Positions 14,260-29,301 of a DNA stretch of 64,000 nt are shown here, piece after piece. A model generated the notes under the pieces. That model was not told the DNA's origin, made no database searches, and worked only from the letters and a program-made list of their open reading frames with translations. Source of the stretch: Octopus sinensis (taxonomy: Eukaryota); the NCBI RefSeq assembly GCF_006345805.1, contig NC_043004.1:85560001-85624000 (forward strand). Direction: 5' to 3'. Numbering within the stretch: the first letter of the stretch is position 1; each line of letters opens with the position of its first letter. The position numbers and the translations under genes are program-made.

Positions 14260-14288
14260 ATTATTAATATTATTATTATTATCATTAT

Positions 14289-14319
<31 letters not shown>

Positions 14320-14410
14320 GATACTACTACTACTACTACTACTACTAAAAATAATACTAGTAGTAGTAGTAGTAGTAGTTGTTGTAGTAGTAGTAGTAGT
14401 AGTAGTAGTA

Positions 14411-14445
<35 letters not shown>

Positions 14446-14545
14446 CCAGCAGCAGCAGCAGCATTATTATTACTACTACTAAAACTGCCGTCATTATAAT
14501 CATCATCATCATCATAGTCATCATCTTCATCTTAATCCTCGTCAT
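14260..14545. repeat. Compound trinucleotide microsatellite (ATT)n-(ACT)n-(AGT)n-(AGC)n-(ATC)n
   Basis: Direct reading. Confidence 0.95.
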
Positions 14546-14840
14546 TATTCGGTTTGTAACAGCGAATTTATAGTGTTTATTTTAAAGTATACTTGCACGA
14601 ATCTTCTAAAAATTCCATTTTATACATTTTTGTATTATCTTCAAACGCGTTTGCCCAGAGTGTCTTACACATTCTCGGAAAGTTTCAGAAAGGGAGAGAG
14701 AGGGGGGAGAGGGTGAGAAATGGTGAGGATATGAGAAAGGGAAAGGAAAAGTGAGCAGGATACTATATGAGAAAACTGTAGAAAGAACGTAGAAGCGATA
14801 GTCAGAGAATGGGAAAGACACGCAAAGAGATAGTCACAGG

Positions 14841-14871
<31 letters not shown>

Positions 14872-15227
14872 TGTGAGAGAGAGAAAAAAGACAAATCGTC
14901 ATAGGTAATGCGAGACACATAGATATATATATACATGGCAAGAAGGAAAACGTGAATATCGTCAGTGGTTTGTTTACAAGCGAAGATAATTTTAATACAA
15001 CTTGGGATTTCAATGTTTTAAAATCTTCGTAGAAATCCCAGCAGCAATGAAGGAAATATTACGTAACGATTGTCACATGGAAGGCGCATATTGACCGTTC
15101 AGAAATATTCAAAGACTGTTAACTTCATTTAACATTTAATGTTTGTAATACAGTGTCAAAATTTCCGGCGCTTCAGACCTCGTCATTAGTGGCGGCGTTT
15201 TTGCACTGCTTCTAAGCTATAGGTTTA

Positions 15228-16073
15228 CAGGGGTTGTTCGGTCGAAATTAGACAGTTTGCATAAAAGGAAAAAATATACAGAATTCTATTCAAAGAATAA
15301 AGTATTTTAGAAAATCAAAGCATATCAAGTAGACTTTTGTCGACAGATATCAGGTAACGCAAAGCAGTCGCCTCAGCTTCCACCACGAACCAAAGAAGGC
15401 CCTGGAACCTGGAACATGCGTTCCTCGGTGTATTTTGTGGGAGGAGTTTTGCACCCATCCTTAGTTTTGGTCACCAGCTCGGCCTTGGTGTTGCAGACAG
15501 GGGAGTTTGTGTCTTTCTCAAGCACACCCCACACATAGTAATCCGTGAGGCTACAATCACGAGTTTTAGGCGGCTAGAATTTGGGGCTGGCGACGTCATA
15601 GAAATTCTTCAGCAAGTACTTCTGACTCTTTTCTGCTGTCAAACAGTTGAACTTCCAGCAGCAACTTTCTCCAGGATGAGATTAACCACTGTCTCCAGCA
15701 GCTTCACATAGCCTTCCTACTTGAGCCTAAGGGTTTGTTCAAAGATATGGGGATGAATCCAAGCATACGAACGCATAATTTCTAGTGTGTCCATCTCTGC
15801 AGCTGTCCATGTCATGTCTTATAGCCTTCAAATTGTTCACAGTATATTCAGAAGCAATCTAGATTTCGGCATTCTGATGGCCGGCGCGAATCCTCATAAA
15901 ACAGGTAATTTTTCTCCAATATTCAGAGGACTTCCAGTCCTCCATGTCAACTAACGTTTCTCTTAACAACAGCTTCAATATTCATGCTTCTCATAACCAT
16001 GGACTGTTCACCAACACATGAAGCACTTCCAGAAAAAATGCGACAAATATCGTCAAGTTTAACCCGAAACTTG
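15228..16073 (-). mobile_element. Deleted maT-like (DD37D-type) Tc1/mariner element
   Basis: TA-flanked diverged ~30-bp TIRs. Minus-strand remnants IFEQTLRL..GYVKLLETVV and PPKTRDCSLTDYYVWGVLEKDTN resemble the WPPNSPDCNPLDYYVWG motif. Confidence 0.7.
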
Positions 16074-16125
16074 TATATAATGATATATACAGTTCCTAAA
16101 ATTCTGCCATCTTTTCTTAGTCTTT

Positions 16126-16188
<63 letters not shown>

Positions 16189-16941
16189 AAATGACAGATA
16201 TCTCATTTCATCTTCTTCTTCCTATTATTATTATTGCTACTATTATTATTATTATTATAATTATTATTATTATTATTTTCTCTTTATCGCAGGTTTCCTG
16301 GAGCTCTTGGAGCCTTGACTGCGTAGCGGACTTGCTATTTACAGCCTACGGTACCATGCTATCCGCTCTTTTCAGCTAATTGTTTCCTGATTATTCTGGC
16401 CTTGCAAAGGAGGCAAAACTTTTATAACATTTCCATTGGCACACTATTCCGATTTCCTTTATATTCCCCTTGATGTTTTCTGGTACTGTTCCCAGGCACC
16501 CAACAATATTTGGCATTCTATTCGCCTTCTGCATTTTCCATAGCCGGGCTATCAATTTATAGGGTTGCATTTATTTCTCTCTCTTCGCCTTTCTGTTTGA
16601 TCATTCGTGGGTCAAAAGGCCACGCAACATCAACTATATAGAATAAGCTGTGCACCACTAGGTCCAGTCTGTTATGCTCTAGCAACTGATCTGTTTTGAT
16701 TGGTAAACCACTCTCCGCGGTTTGTGCTCATACCACGTCTTGCCACCCACTAACCCCAACTTTTCGCAGTTTCTAATGAAGAACATTCGCTACCTGATCG
16801 TGTTACCACAACTTGTAATGGTTTCGGGCAAGTCTAAGGTATTTGTTCGTGATATGAACCATGGTTTCATCCAATCTATTGCAGACACAGCACAGCAGGG
16901 ATGCTCCAGTTAGGTGGACAAAGCTTTGTCCTGTACAGAGC

Positions 16942-16972
<31 letters not shown>

Positions 16973-17047
16973 GTTGTTGTTGCTATTATTATTATTATCA
17001 TTATCATTATTATTATTATTATTTTATTATTATTATTATTATTATTA

Positions 17048-17096
<49 letters not shown>

Positions 17097-17170
17097 TATT
17101 ATCATCATCATCATCATCATCATCATTATTATTATCATCATTATTGTCATCATCATCATCATCAACAGTA
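16942..17170. repeat. (TTA)n/(TCA)n microsatellite
   Basis: Direct reading. Confidence 0.95.
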
Positions 17171-18524
17171 GCAGCGGTACCAATCTACTGGCTACTGTTC
17201 GCCGCCAGAAAATAAAGTTCCCACCCATATTATATGTCAGAAATCGTGTGTATGTCATTGGCCATGATAAAGTAGATGTATCAAATAGAGAGAACTGTAG
17301 AAAATTGTTTTTGTTTTTGTTTATTCTTTTTCTTTTGTATCATTGTATGTAAGTCCGTTTCGGAAATTTCATACGGAAATGACCCAAAGTTTAATTTCAT
17401 CTCTCAGGCCATATTGGTTACATTTAACAACTACTTGTGTATCAAGTCTATATTGGACATAGTGCTTTCATCTAAGATTGTATGGGATATTTTTAAATAC
17501 TACTTAAGGAAAGTTAGATTGAATGCATAATCTATTAATGACAGTTTTGCCACATTTTAATAATACCATCTTTTGCGGCAGAAATAATTTATAACAGCGA
17601 ATAATATATAACCAGTTATCAACACAAAGTCACTTTTCAAAGAATCGCTTTCAAACAATGTCACGAAATTCTGTATTTATATATATTACAGATGAATAAT
17701 ATGTCTGCGTTGACAGCCAACGTTGTTGAGTGACGTGATATGAAGAAAGGTTTATTCCATTTACTTAGCTATTGAATAATTTTTACATTTAAAATATCTT
17801 TTTCACGATACAGTCATATGAATAGGTTATTCAAAAAGTCTGCGATAAAAGCGATCAAATGACGCTTTCCGATCGTCGAAATACAGTAATAAATCTTAAT
17901 TGGTGAAACTTATGCTATACTTCTGAGAATTTGCCAACGCATAACTAACAGAAGTGTTTGCGCAGAAAGTAAATTGTCTATAATGCTTTTACATTATGAA
18001 AATCTGAAAAGTATGAAATAATCTAGTTGTATACATTTCCTTCCTCAAGGTAAAGTGTGAATCTATTTTGTAGACTATACAGAGTTGCACCGTCTACTAG
18101 AAATAGCAGTTTGCCGTCTTTAGAAAGACATTAAATTATGCAGTTATAGATATAGGATATAAACGACAAGATCATTATTGCTGGAACACAGTTCTTTATG
18201 AGTAAACTATTTGTGAAATGACTCGGGGTTAAGCAGCAACATTTAATAGAGAATAAATAACAAAACTGGTATTGCACGGTACAACATGATTCCATTTTGA
18301 GTTCAATTAATCAAGTGGTGAAATAACTCATATTTAATGGTGGACTCGAAATGGAAAAACTATAAATAATAGCGTGTAAACATTGGATTAAAAAAGACTT
18401 TGGACTGAAGAATTTGAATTCGTTTTGTGTTCTATCTAAAGGTATTTTAACCCAACATTTGGACGTCATTATATATATACCAATTCTAAGGTGATGCGTT
18501 GGTAGAATATTTAACATTTTCAAA

Positions 18525-18705
18525 CAAAATGCTTAGCGGCATTTCGTTTGTCTTTTCGTTCTGAGTTCATATTCCACCGACGTAGATTTTATCATTCATC
18601 TTCTCGGGGTCGATAAATTAAGCACCAGTTGCGCACTGGGGCTGATGTAATCGATTTACCCTCTCCGCAAAAATCAGCCCTTGTACCAATAAAAGAAAGG
18701 ATTAT
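18525..18705 (+). mobile_element. SINE family A, 5'-truncated
   Basis: CGTTCTGAGTTCATATTCC B-box-like segment and GGGGTCGATAAATTAAGCACCAG core. Confidence 0.7.
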
Positions 18706-20005
18706 TTATAGCATTTCCACTTCGTTCGAGTTCGACTATTAAAAAAGAATTATTTCCTGTCCCCTCAAACTTTCTAAATTCTTAAGATGCCAACCGTCTA
18801 TTAATTCCTTCTTTTATTTTTTTCAGCCAGGGTCAATCAAATATATTCCAGTCAGGTACTGAGGTCATTTAAATCGATTACCTTATTATTTGAAGATAAC
18901 GAAAATTTGGTGTCTGTGTGGCAATGGTTTAAATCAAGTTTTAATACGAACCCTTTACAATTTAACGTTGAAGCACCACCGAAGAGGGTTTTATACTTTC
19001 ATATTAAGTCGATAAGTGCTATTAATACACTGGCGCCTTCACAGAAATTGGCCAGCTTCTTAGTGAAAAGAAATCGTTATTAGGTTCACATAGACACAAG
19101 CTCAATAGACAAGCAATAACAATAGCCGTTAGTACAACTTTTAAGTTTGTAGAAAATAGATGAGTCACTACCATCCAATCACCTTGGTATTCTACTGCTC
19201 TCACACTACACTTCACTTACTCTGCAACAAAAATACTTACATACAAATAAATACCACGAATATATTATTACTTCATTACTTTCTAAACTTACATAAAATA
19301 GCCAAGGAAAGTCTTGTCGAGGTAGCAGGCAATATAATTTAATACATGGGCAGAAAAAAGTCAATCTGCTAACACAAGTTACTGAAATACGAATTATTTT
19401 GGTTATAAATGAAAGCCGAGATCAATGCCATTCCTTCGGTTTGTTTCATGTGGACTTTCTGTCTTCTAACAACAAAGGAATTCTCATTCTGTTTCACTGT
19501 TTATATATTATTTTTAGCATGGTTACTATATCACGTGATGATTTATTTCCTTTTGTGGTTTTTCGAATATTGATTTGAGTTTCAGAATTTCCATCTAATG
19601 TTCTCTATCACTGTTATACACATACACTTCGACACATACACAATACATTGCATACAAACACGCCTGCAATCATATTTATGCATGTATCTATTTATCTATC
19701 TATATGTATATATGTGTGTGTGTGTATGTGTGTGTGTATTTATATGTATGTATGCATGTATGTACCTATGTATGTATGTATTGATTGCATTGTATTGTTG
19801 TGGTGTCCATTATATCCGTTCACATGATCTACATATGTAGAAGAGAAGGATGAAATTGAGAAAGAGAGAGAGAGAGAGGCACTGAGACAAACAGACAGAC
19901 AAATAAATAGACAGATTGACAGACAGACAGACAGACAGACAGACAGAAAGATAGATAGATAGCTATGTATGTATGCAAACACATATACATATTCATATAA
20001 GCAGA

Positions 20006-20084
<79 letters not shown>

Positions 20085-20340
20085 ATATTATATATATATA
20101 CGTATACATATATATATATGTATGTGTGTATATATATATATATGCGTACTCACACATGTTTCAGGGTGTGTATGTGGATCGATATACATTTGTATATATA
20201 GCGATAGATAGATAGTCAGATAGATAGATAAAAACCTAGATCGATAGACTGATAGATAGATAGATATAGATAAATAGATAGGTAGATAGATAGACAGATA
20301 TGTAGATGGATAGGTAGATAGATAGACACACAGATAGACG

Positions 20341-20414
<74 letters not shown>

Positions 20415-21038
20415 AAGTTAGATGATTTATAAATGTATACACGTACACGGGTATGCGTGAGCATACATCAATAATTGCGTGCGTCTATGTTTTATGCACG
20501 TTTGTGTGTCTCTGTATGTGCATATGTATCTGTATGTGTGTGTTTAAAGAAGACCTTTCACTATTCACAATGATGAATTTCGCAGAGGAGGGGTCTAGAT
20601 AATTGAATCGACCTCATTATAGTGGCGAAAATTGAAGAATGGATGAAAGCAAGGTCGACCTCTGCAGTATTTGAAATAAAACTAATACGAAAATAAACAC
20701 TCTAAGTTATTCACAACGGTGTTCCAATGTTTCTGTTTTTGCCAATTCCGATATATTTCCTTGTTGCTCTCATTCTAATTCTCTCTCTCTCTCACTCACT
20801 CTCTCTCTCACTCAGTTTCTCTCTCCGTCTCATTCTCTATTACCCTCACTTACATTCTTTCCCTTTTCCTCTTACTTTCTGTTGCTCTCACCCGCCATAT
20901 ATATGTGTACGCACGTGTGCCTGTATGCGTATGTGTATGGTACCCAAGTCGTTTGTTTTACATACACACACACACATACCCATATATGTATATATATATA
21001 TATTACATATATGTATGTATATGTATATATATGAATAT

Positions 21039-21078
<40 letters not shown>

Positions 21079-21544
21079 CGCTTGTATGCAGGTATGTATG
21101 TGTGTATGTAACTATATATTTATGAATATGGGTACATTCAAAGAAATGTATATTTATATACGCAATCAATCACATATACAGCGACACAAACTTACACACA
21201 CATATACATTCTTCCATATACATATATATATAAATATATATACACACACACATGCACACACACATGCACACACACACACACGCATATATATATACATAAC
21301 CACACATACACATATATATATGTATATATAAATATTTATAAATATTTATGTATCTATATTGTATACATATATATATTTACATATATATATACGCGTGTGT
21401 GCGTGTGTGTGTGTGTATAAGTTTGCATATATATAATATATATAATATAATAATATAACTGTAATATATGTAAATATATATATATATATACATGTATATA
21501 TATATATATATGTTTATATATACATATCTCTTTCTCTCTCTCTC

Positions 21545-21579
<35 letters not shown>

Positions 21580-21992
21580 AGATACTTACATAAAAGTTGC
21601 GGGAGGTAGACAAACAGATGGATAAAGTGATATTTTGTTTGTTGAATTTATTGCAGTAGGTAAATTTTGTAGTTCGCATTGTTAGAAGAGATGAATAAGT
21701 GGCTGCTAAATCATCCGTGCTGATTGTGTTGAATGGGAAAGGGGGAGAAAATTATGGAGCAACATAACGTCTGTGTATATCATAAATTCCTTCCAATAGT
21801 ACATCACTTGGTAATATTTCTTTTCGTATGTGCAGCGATATGGCTTAGAACATACTGCTAAGTACCTATACATAGGTACATACATATATACATACATACA
21901 CATATATGTATCTTTTTTTAAGTATATGCACACGTATATGCATGTTAATATCTCTCTGTAAGTGAGTGTATGTGTACATATGTACACAAATG

Positions 21993-22035
<43 letters not shown>

Positions 22036-22093
22036 GTGAGTATATTTGTTTGTGTGTAAATATGCATATATAAATGTATGTATCTGTATATGC

Positions 22094-22140
<47 letters not shown>

Positions 22141-22150
22141 CACACACACG

Positions 22151-22182
<32 letters not shown>

Positions 22183-23010
22183 CATATATATGTATATATA
22201 TATATATAGTATGATATTTTATTGAAAAGTTGACTAATCGTTACTTGGTAAATCGCTGTTTTATAATTTCGTATTTTTGATCTTCAGAAGGAAAATGATG
22301 CCAGTGGAACATTTGGAAGATAGATAAATGATACGAGACGTATCATTTAAAACAAATTTCGTTATCTGATTGGATAAATTTAAGCCGCAGCTATGGTAAC
22401 AAAGGTTTATTAGATAAATCCTATGCCATTTGAAAGACATAAAAAGGAATGCTGATATAAATAAATTAGAACATGGCCTGAGGATATCCAGAAAGATGAC
22501 GTGTTCATAAGATGAAGAAACTAACGAGCAACAAGTGAAAATGTTACGATTACGGAGAAAAATGGTAAAGCATGAATATAGAGAAGGCAAATAATTGTTT
22601 TAAATTTTGGTACAAGGCCAGAAATTTATGAGTTAGAAGATGTTTGATCACATCGGCCTTGATATTTCAATACTTCAATGGTATTTTATATTATTGAGTC
22701 TGAGACGAAAAAAATCAAATTAGAGCTCGGTGGATTTTGAAGTCAGAAATGCCGCTAAGTAGTCTTCCAGTCGTAATAACGAATTACTCTGCTAGTAATC
22801 CGCTTTTAATTAATAACAGTTTCAAAGAGCGTCGGTATAATCTACTACATCGATCTCCTGTACTCAACAGGTACTTAAGTTATCGACTCCGAAGACGAAG
22901 TGATGAAAGGCGAAGTCAACCTCACCGCAATTTGAACTCTGAAGGTAAACACTGATGAAATATCGGTAAGAATTGTGCTCGGCATGCTAACTATTCTATC
23001 AGCAAAGACG

Positions 23011-23221
23011 GAGAGCTGGCAGAATCATTAGCACGCTGGACGAAGTATATAGTGACATTTTGCCCGTTGCTACGTTCTGAGTTCAAATTCTGCCGTGGTC
23101 GACTTTGCCTTTCATCCTTTCGGGTCGATAAATTAAGTAACAGTTGGCTGCTGGGATCCATGTAATCGACTATCCCCGCTCCCCCAAATTTCTGGCCTTG
23201 TGTCTATAGTAGAAAGGATTC
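23011..23221 (+). mobile_element. SINE family A
   Basis: GAGCTGGCAGAATC head, GAGTTCAAATTC B-box, GTCGACTTTGCCTTTCATCCTTTCGGGTCGATAAATTAAGTA core. Flanked by minus-strand partial copies (~22840-23000, ~23230-23370). Confidence 0.8.
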
Positions 23222-23887
23222 TGTCAGCCTGCCGCCTCTAACTTTGGTACGAAGCCAGCAGATTTAGAGCGAGGAAGATTCAATGACATTGGCATCGATA
23301 ATGACTGCTAGTTTGCTTTATTGACCTCGAAACGATGAAGGTCAAAGTTGGCCACAGTAGAATTTTATCATAAATAACCGAAACAAATGCCACTAAACAT
23401 TTTCAACGTCATGCTCATGACTCTGCCATTGGCCCGACCTATATTAAGGAAGAGAATGAGAATAGAGCATTTTAATAGATGATCAGAGATATCATAGAGA
23501 AAGATGAAGTAGAATATAATCCGATAAAAACTGAATATCAGCGAACTAAAAGAAAAGTAAGCAATAGATAAAGAAATCTTTAAAAAAAGCATGCCGATCT
23601 CTTTTTGACGTGCGATAACAGATTGATCATTTGTTAAAGACGCCTATAAGGCAAGCGTACATATATGTGTCCAGGAAAAAGAAATAGATAAGCAAAAATA
23701 GATATGCGCACAGAAATTATGGATACAAACAAACACACGCACACATTCACACAAACACACGCATACACACACATGTATAGTTTCACATATCAAATATCAC
23801 AGATTAAATACATAGATATATGCTCGATTGTAAAGTATATCATACATAGTTACCCATAAATACGGACTAGATCTTACATACACACAT

Positions 23888-23944
<57 letters not shown>

Positions 23945-24455
23945 AAGCATTTACAGTGCTGAGTTTGTAAACATGAATTGACTTATACTGAGATCAAAGA
24001 TGGTTATGCATTCATATTTAGGCGTCTTAAGAAAATTTATTAATCGAAAAATACAGAACACGTTTAAATATGAAAACGTATATCCAATTTTGGTCTCAGT
24101 ATGTATTTTAATTCTTGTTCACATATCTATCACTGTAAACACTTTATCTCACTGCTTAGCTTTTGCATTTTTGTATATTTATTCCTCCTCTCTCCAAAAT
24201 ATGAACAATTACATCACCTGTCCCGAATATGGGCAATTGCCTCCCCTTAGTTTTTTCTACTTGTTGATTCCTTCCATTCACAAACACCCATGCACAAAAT
24301 GGACTATAATCTTCTTAATAAAATACGTATTTACAATAATTTCAATGTCATGATTAGCGAAAGCGAAACCGGTCGACAAACACAATACTCTTTCACTTAT
24401 AATTTTTTCAAATATTAAAAGTATGTAAACTATATGCATTTTCTTTCATTTATTT

Positions 24456-24516
<61 letters not shown>

Positions 24517-24518
24517 TA

Positions 24519-24586
<68 letters not shown>

Positions 24587-25723
24587 ATATATATATATAT
24601 ATGTATATGAAGCGAATTAAATATCAGCAATTAGAACATAAAGGCAAAATCAATAGAGGTCACAAAAGTGACGGAGGGTACAGACTAGCACTACTTATGC
24701 TAAGCTAAGAGAAATTAGCCCCAAAGCGAACTAAAGCACTATACTTAATGACTGACAAAGAGAGGTAAATTCTAAGTGTATATACCCGTGTTGTGATTTC
24801 GAATTTTGTTGTAGACCAACTTAATTATCATGACCTCCTCTTAAGGCTTAGGGTTAAGAGGCTGTCAATCTTTGAAGAAAAACCGTTGATTTACAGCACA
24901 AATAACAAAATTAAGTAGGTGACTTATTAGCAATTAGAACCTACCCGCTTTTGTCAGTCATTACATTTTTTCCCGCATGTATTTTAAGGAAATTAGTTCA
25001 GCTTCATTTAACATGTACTGAACTCATTTAGAACGAAGCTAGTAACAGCATTTTTTTTTACCAGTGTGTTATGGTTGAGGAGAAAATTCGTCATACATTT
25101 CAGAATAAATTCAGTTTATACGACGAATTGGTATTACTAAATATATATTTACGTAGACTCGCATCGAGATTCTTCTGCAGTAACGTTTTACCATTTAATA
25201 TGTGGATTCTCTTAATATTATTAAACCACGCGAAGGAAAGTTTTATGACTTAAAACTACTACGATTTCCCCCACCTTATTTTGTTATCTGTTTCTTGCGT
25301 GTCTTCAGTGGAAGAAAACTGTTTTTCTCTTTTGTAATTGTTTGGTACATCACGATGACGACTACCATTTTGTTATTTTACATTCTTTCTGATTCTTAGT
25401 GTGATTTTAAACTAGTTATCGTTTCAGTTGTGTAAATTGAAAATACTGTTATGTAATAAAAACAAATGTGTTCGAAATTTGTGCATTAGGAATATTCATA
25501 GAAGAACTGCGATAAATGATAGCAGAAATGAGTAGATGGATTTAGGCCCTTCTGTAAGATAGATTTCTAGCGAGGAGGATAACATATACTAAAGAAGGTT
25601 GCTATAATAAGATAAATTACAGTAATAGTAAAATGATAAATGAAGAAAAGATTCATGAACAGGGAAACAGAGAGATTTATAGCCCATCTGAGAAATAAAC
25701 ATCTATATATATTAATATATCTG

Positions 25724-26864
25724 TTGGGTCGAGTCATAAAATATTTACGTCTTTTGGAAGTAAATTATGATGAATTTCGATCTTCATCTGTTGAAGTTTA
25801 AAATTAAAACTACTTTTTAAAAAGGGCTTCATCTGTCATTCATATTTAAGAAGTGAAATTGTGAACATCATAGATTAATATTAAATTTCAATACCCTAAA
25901 ATAGATGAGCTCAAAGTGCATATTCGACATGTGATGTTGTGAGCGTTTAAGAACGGAATAAAAAAACGTAATCACAGCATAAAATATGCAGTGATTACGG
26001 CCAACGTGTAATTACTTACCGACAAGTGAGAAAATGGTTTAAAAGTTTCGTACTGGAGATTTGTCATTGATATATCGACTTAGACCAGGGCCCTCATCAG
26101 ACTCCGATCAAGTTGCTTTAATAGAATTATTAGCATTCAATCCTCGTCGAAGTCCTCGGGAATAAGCAATTGGCCTTAAATCATCCCACTCCACATTCTG
26201 TCATCACTTAGAAAAGATAAGAAAAGTAAGTTGGGTGTTTAGATTCCCCATATTTTTAGTGAGAAGCAAATAGATGATCACATGTCCATTTCTCAATATC
26301 ATTAACACCTTGTTACGACAATGTTCAATGCAAAAGGCACTGAATTGACAAGGGCAGGTCTGGACAACCTAACTTAAAGGCTGAACTCCATACAAGGAAT
26401 GTTATGTTCTTATATTACGTGTAATGGGAACACCGAGGTGTCATTTAATTTGAGATTTCATACCGCAATCGAATATTAAATGCCGACATATACTTTCAAC
26501 AGCTGCAACGTGTGCATGAAAGCCTTTTCAGACAACGCCCTATGCTGTGTTTCTCCATAACTACACAAGACTATATTCAACAAGAATCATGTAGGATCAA
26601 ATATTGAATTTGGGTTGCTCTGTTATACTCCTAGCACCAGATTAACCGGACCTTGCACAAACTGATTTTCATTTATTTATTTATTTATTATTTTGCTCTT
26701 TACAAACTACTTTAATGGGGGAATTTTTCACAAGGAGTTCAGGCGAAAACGTATGTGAAAAGCTTTTTCATGTCGAAGCCAGCTGAATTCTAATCGAGAG
26801 GAATCAAAAAGCTACCCGATACATAGCAATAGGGCATCCAAAATAATGGTAAATATACTGATAA

Positions 26865-26875
<11 letters not shown>
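25724..26875 (+). mobile_element. Degenerate mariner transposase remnant
   Basis: Reads DELKVHIRHVML*AFKNG...RQVRKWFK(S)FRTGDLSL...HHLEKI and later the PDLAQTDFHLF motif. Many stops and indels; 3' end lost in a (TA)n tract. Confidence 0.75.
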
Positions 26876-26896
<21 letters not shown>

Positions 26897-26987
26897 CGAA
26901 AAAGCGGGGTTGAGCAAATTAGACACATCAGTATCTATTTATGTATGTATGTATGTATGTATGTATGTATGTATCTATCTATCTATC

Positions 26988-27024
<37 letters not shown>

Positions 27025-27035
<11 letters not shown>

Positions 27036-27926
27036 GGTCGTCCCTCAGTACGCCCGAAGACTGTTTCCACGCGTTTCCCCATTCATCTCGATCTTCCATA
27101 ATAGTCCATTCCATACCAGTATCCTCCAGTAAACTGCCAATATAGGTCGACTTCGGCTTTCTCCTGGTTTTTCCTTCCGTTGGTTGCCAGAGCACTAACT
27201 TGTTAGCAATATCATCGGTATATTTGATACAGTGTCCAGCTAGCTTCATCCTTCTATGCTGTATCATCAATGCTACTTTTGGTAGTCCCTGGTATAAATT
27301 GGCGTTTTTTGTATGACTCTCCCAGGAGCCACTGAGTGCCATTCTAAGCATTCTCGTACGACAAACGCACGACTGCTTCTCCAATGCTTTAATGAGCGTC
27401 CGTGTTTCAGCCCCGTATAGAAGAACAGACTCCACTGTTGCCAGAAACAAACCTCACTTCCAATTTCCTTGCTAACTTTGAACTCAGTACCTTTCTCAAT
27501 TTATGACATTCGCTCCATGCAAGAGCTTTCCTTACTACGATGTCTTTTTCAGAATTTGAAATTTTCAACCTCCTTAAGACACTTTCCGTCTCTCTCTTTC
27601 ACTGGTACAGGCATACTGTGGTTGAATACATTTAGTTCTGTTTTCTTTGCGTTACAGCACAATCCTCCCTTCCCCGCATCACCGCATGCGACTGATTTGC
27701 CCTTGCTGTTAGTCATCAGCATAGTCTAGGTCAGTTACCGTTACTGTCTGATGCCATCTACTTCTTTGCCTATGTAGTTTGAATCCCAGTCCTTCTTCCT
27801 TGCCCTCGCACGTTCTATGCATTACAGAGTTCAGAACAATGGCGAAGGGATGTGGTGTTAGCATGTCACCTTGTAATACTCTGGCTTTAACTGCAAAGTA
27901 TTCCATCTCTCCTTCAGGAGTGGTTA
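27025..27926 (-). pseudogene. 5'-truncated RTE-clade LINE (RT C-terminal half)
   Basis: VLQGDMLTPHPFAIVL...DLDYADD (RT motifs), then FLATVESVLLYGAET...RMLRMAL..SW...RRMKLAGH...EDRDEW. The 3' end runs into a (GATA)n tail at ~26975-27035. Confidence 0.9.
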
Positions 27927-28267
27927 CTTTCGCTCTAGTGTTCTCATACTTATTGTTCTCAGAATTCTTGGTGGAATATTACATATAAATATACATACAA
28001 ACATACATACATGCAAATATACATATGTACATACATCTATACATGTATATATGCACAAACATATATGTATATATGTATGTATATATATGTGTGTGCGTAT
28101 ATATACATGTATATATATGGGTGTGTATATATATATATATATATATAACAATTTAGGAATGGCCTAAACAGGCCATTCGTCCACCAGAAAGAGCAGCCAG
28201 AACTCCAACCGCCAAGTAGTGTAATTCGGAAATAAGGTGAAAATTTAAAAACATTTACCCTAATTCA

Positions 28268-28364
28268 TCTTTTATACGATGCATCGTTTCAGCGTCTTTA
28301 ATGATACCAGCTTAATTAAATAAATTAAGCTAGTCTACCATAGGTCACACTTCATCAGTAAAGA
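28268..28364 (-). ncRNA. Type I hammerhead ribozyme, array copy 1
   Basis: Minus strand: CTGATGA (28358-28352), stem II AGTGT/ACGCT (one U.G wobble), GAAA, palindromic CGATGCATCG, GUA, stem I. Confidence 0.75.
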
Positions 28365-28728
28365 ACCTGGGAGAGACGGATATACACGAGGCGACTGTAT
28401 CAATGCCTCGGGAATATCTGTCTTAAAATTTTCAAGACCAACGCATTCGCGCCAAACTTATCGGCAGCAATATAAACTGCCGATTCAATCTCAGAATTAG
28501 TCAAAATTATCATTAATCATTTAGGGTAGCAAAAAATTCAGTAAAATTTATCGCTACCAGCGGCCTAGTGGAAAAGAGAAAATAGTCAAAGACTAAATAT
28601 GTATAAATATAACAATTTAGGAATGGCCTAAACAGGCCATTCGTCCACCAGAAAGAGCAGCCAGAACTCCAACCGCCAAGTTTAATTCGGAAATAAGGTG
28701 AAAATTTAAAAACATTTACCCTAATTCA

Positions 28729-28829
28729 TCTTTTATACGATGCATCGTTTCAGTGTCTTTAATGATAGACCAGCTTAATTAAATTAAATTAAGCTAGTCT
28801 ACCATAGGTCACACTTCATCAGTAAAAGA
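28729..28829 (-). ncRNA. Type I hammerhead ribozyme, array copy 2
   Basis: Stem I TCTTTTA/TAAAAGA, CTGATGA, AGTGT/ACACT with an internal 17-bp hairpin, GAAAC, CGATGCATCG, GUA. Confidence 0.85.
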
Positions 28830-29201
28830 AACCTGGGAGAGACGGATTACACGAGGCGACTGTATCAATGCCTCGGGAATATCTGTCTTAAAATTTTCAA
28901 GACCAACGCATTCGCGCCAAACTTATCGGCAGCAAATATAAACTGCCGATTCAATCTCAGAATTAGTCAGAAAATTATCAATTAATCAATTTAGGGTAGC
29001 AAAAAAAACAGTAAAAATTTATCGCTACCAGCGGCCTAGTGGAAAAGAGAAAAAATAGTCAAAGACTAATATGTATAAATTAACAATTTAGGAATGGCCT
29101 AAACAGGCCATTCGTCCACCAGAAAGAGCAGCCAGAACTCCACCGCCAAGTAGTGTAATTCGGAAATAAGGTGAAAATTTAAAAACATTTACCCTAATTC
29201 A

Positions 29202-29301
29202 TCTTTTATACGATGCATCGTTTCAGTGTCTTTACTGATAGACCAGCTTAATTAAATTAAATTAAGCTAGTCTACCATAGTCACACTTCATCAGTAAAAG
29301 A
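29202..29301 (-). ncRNA. Type I hammerhead ribozyme, array copy 3
   Basis: Same elements as copy 2, all core nucleotides intact. Confidence 0.85.

Noticed and set aside
26041-26102. CTGATGA...GAAAC on the minus strand
   Set aside because: Lies inside a mariner ORF remnant; stem II does not close and there is no NUH site or stem I.
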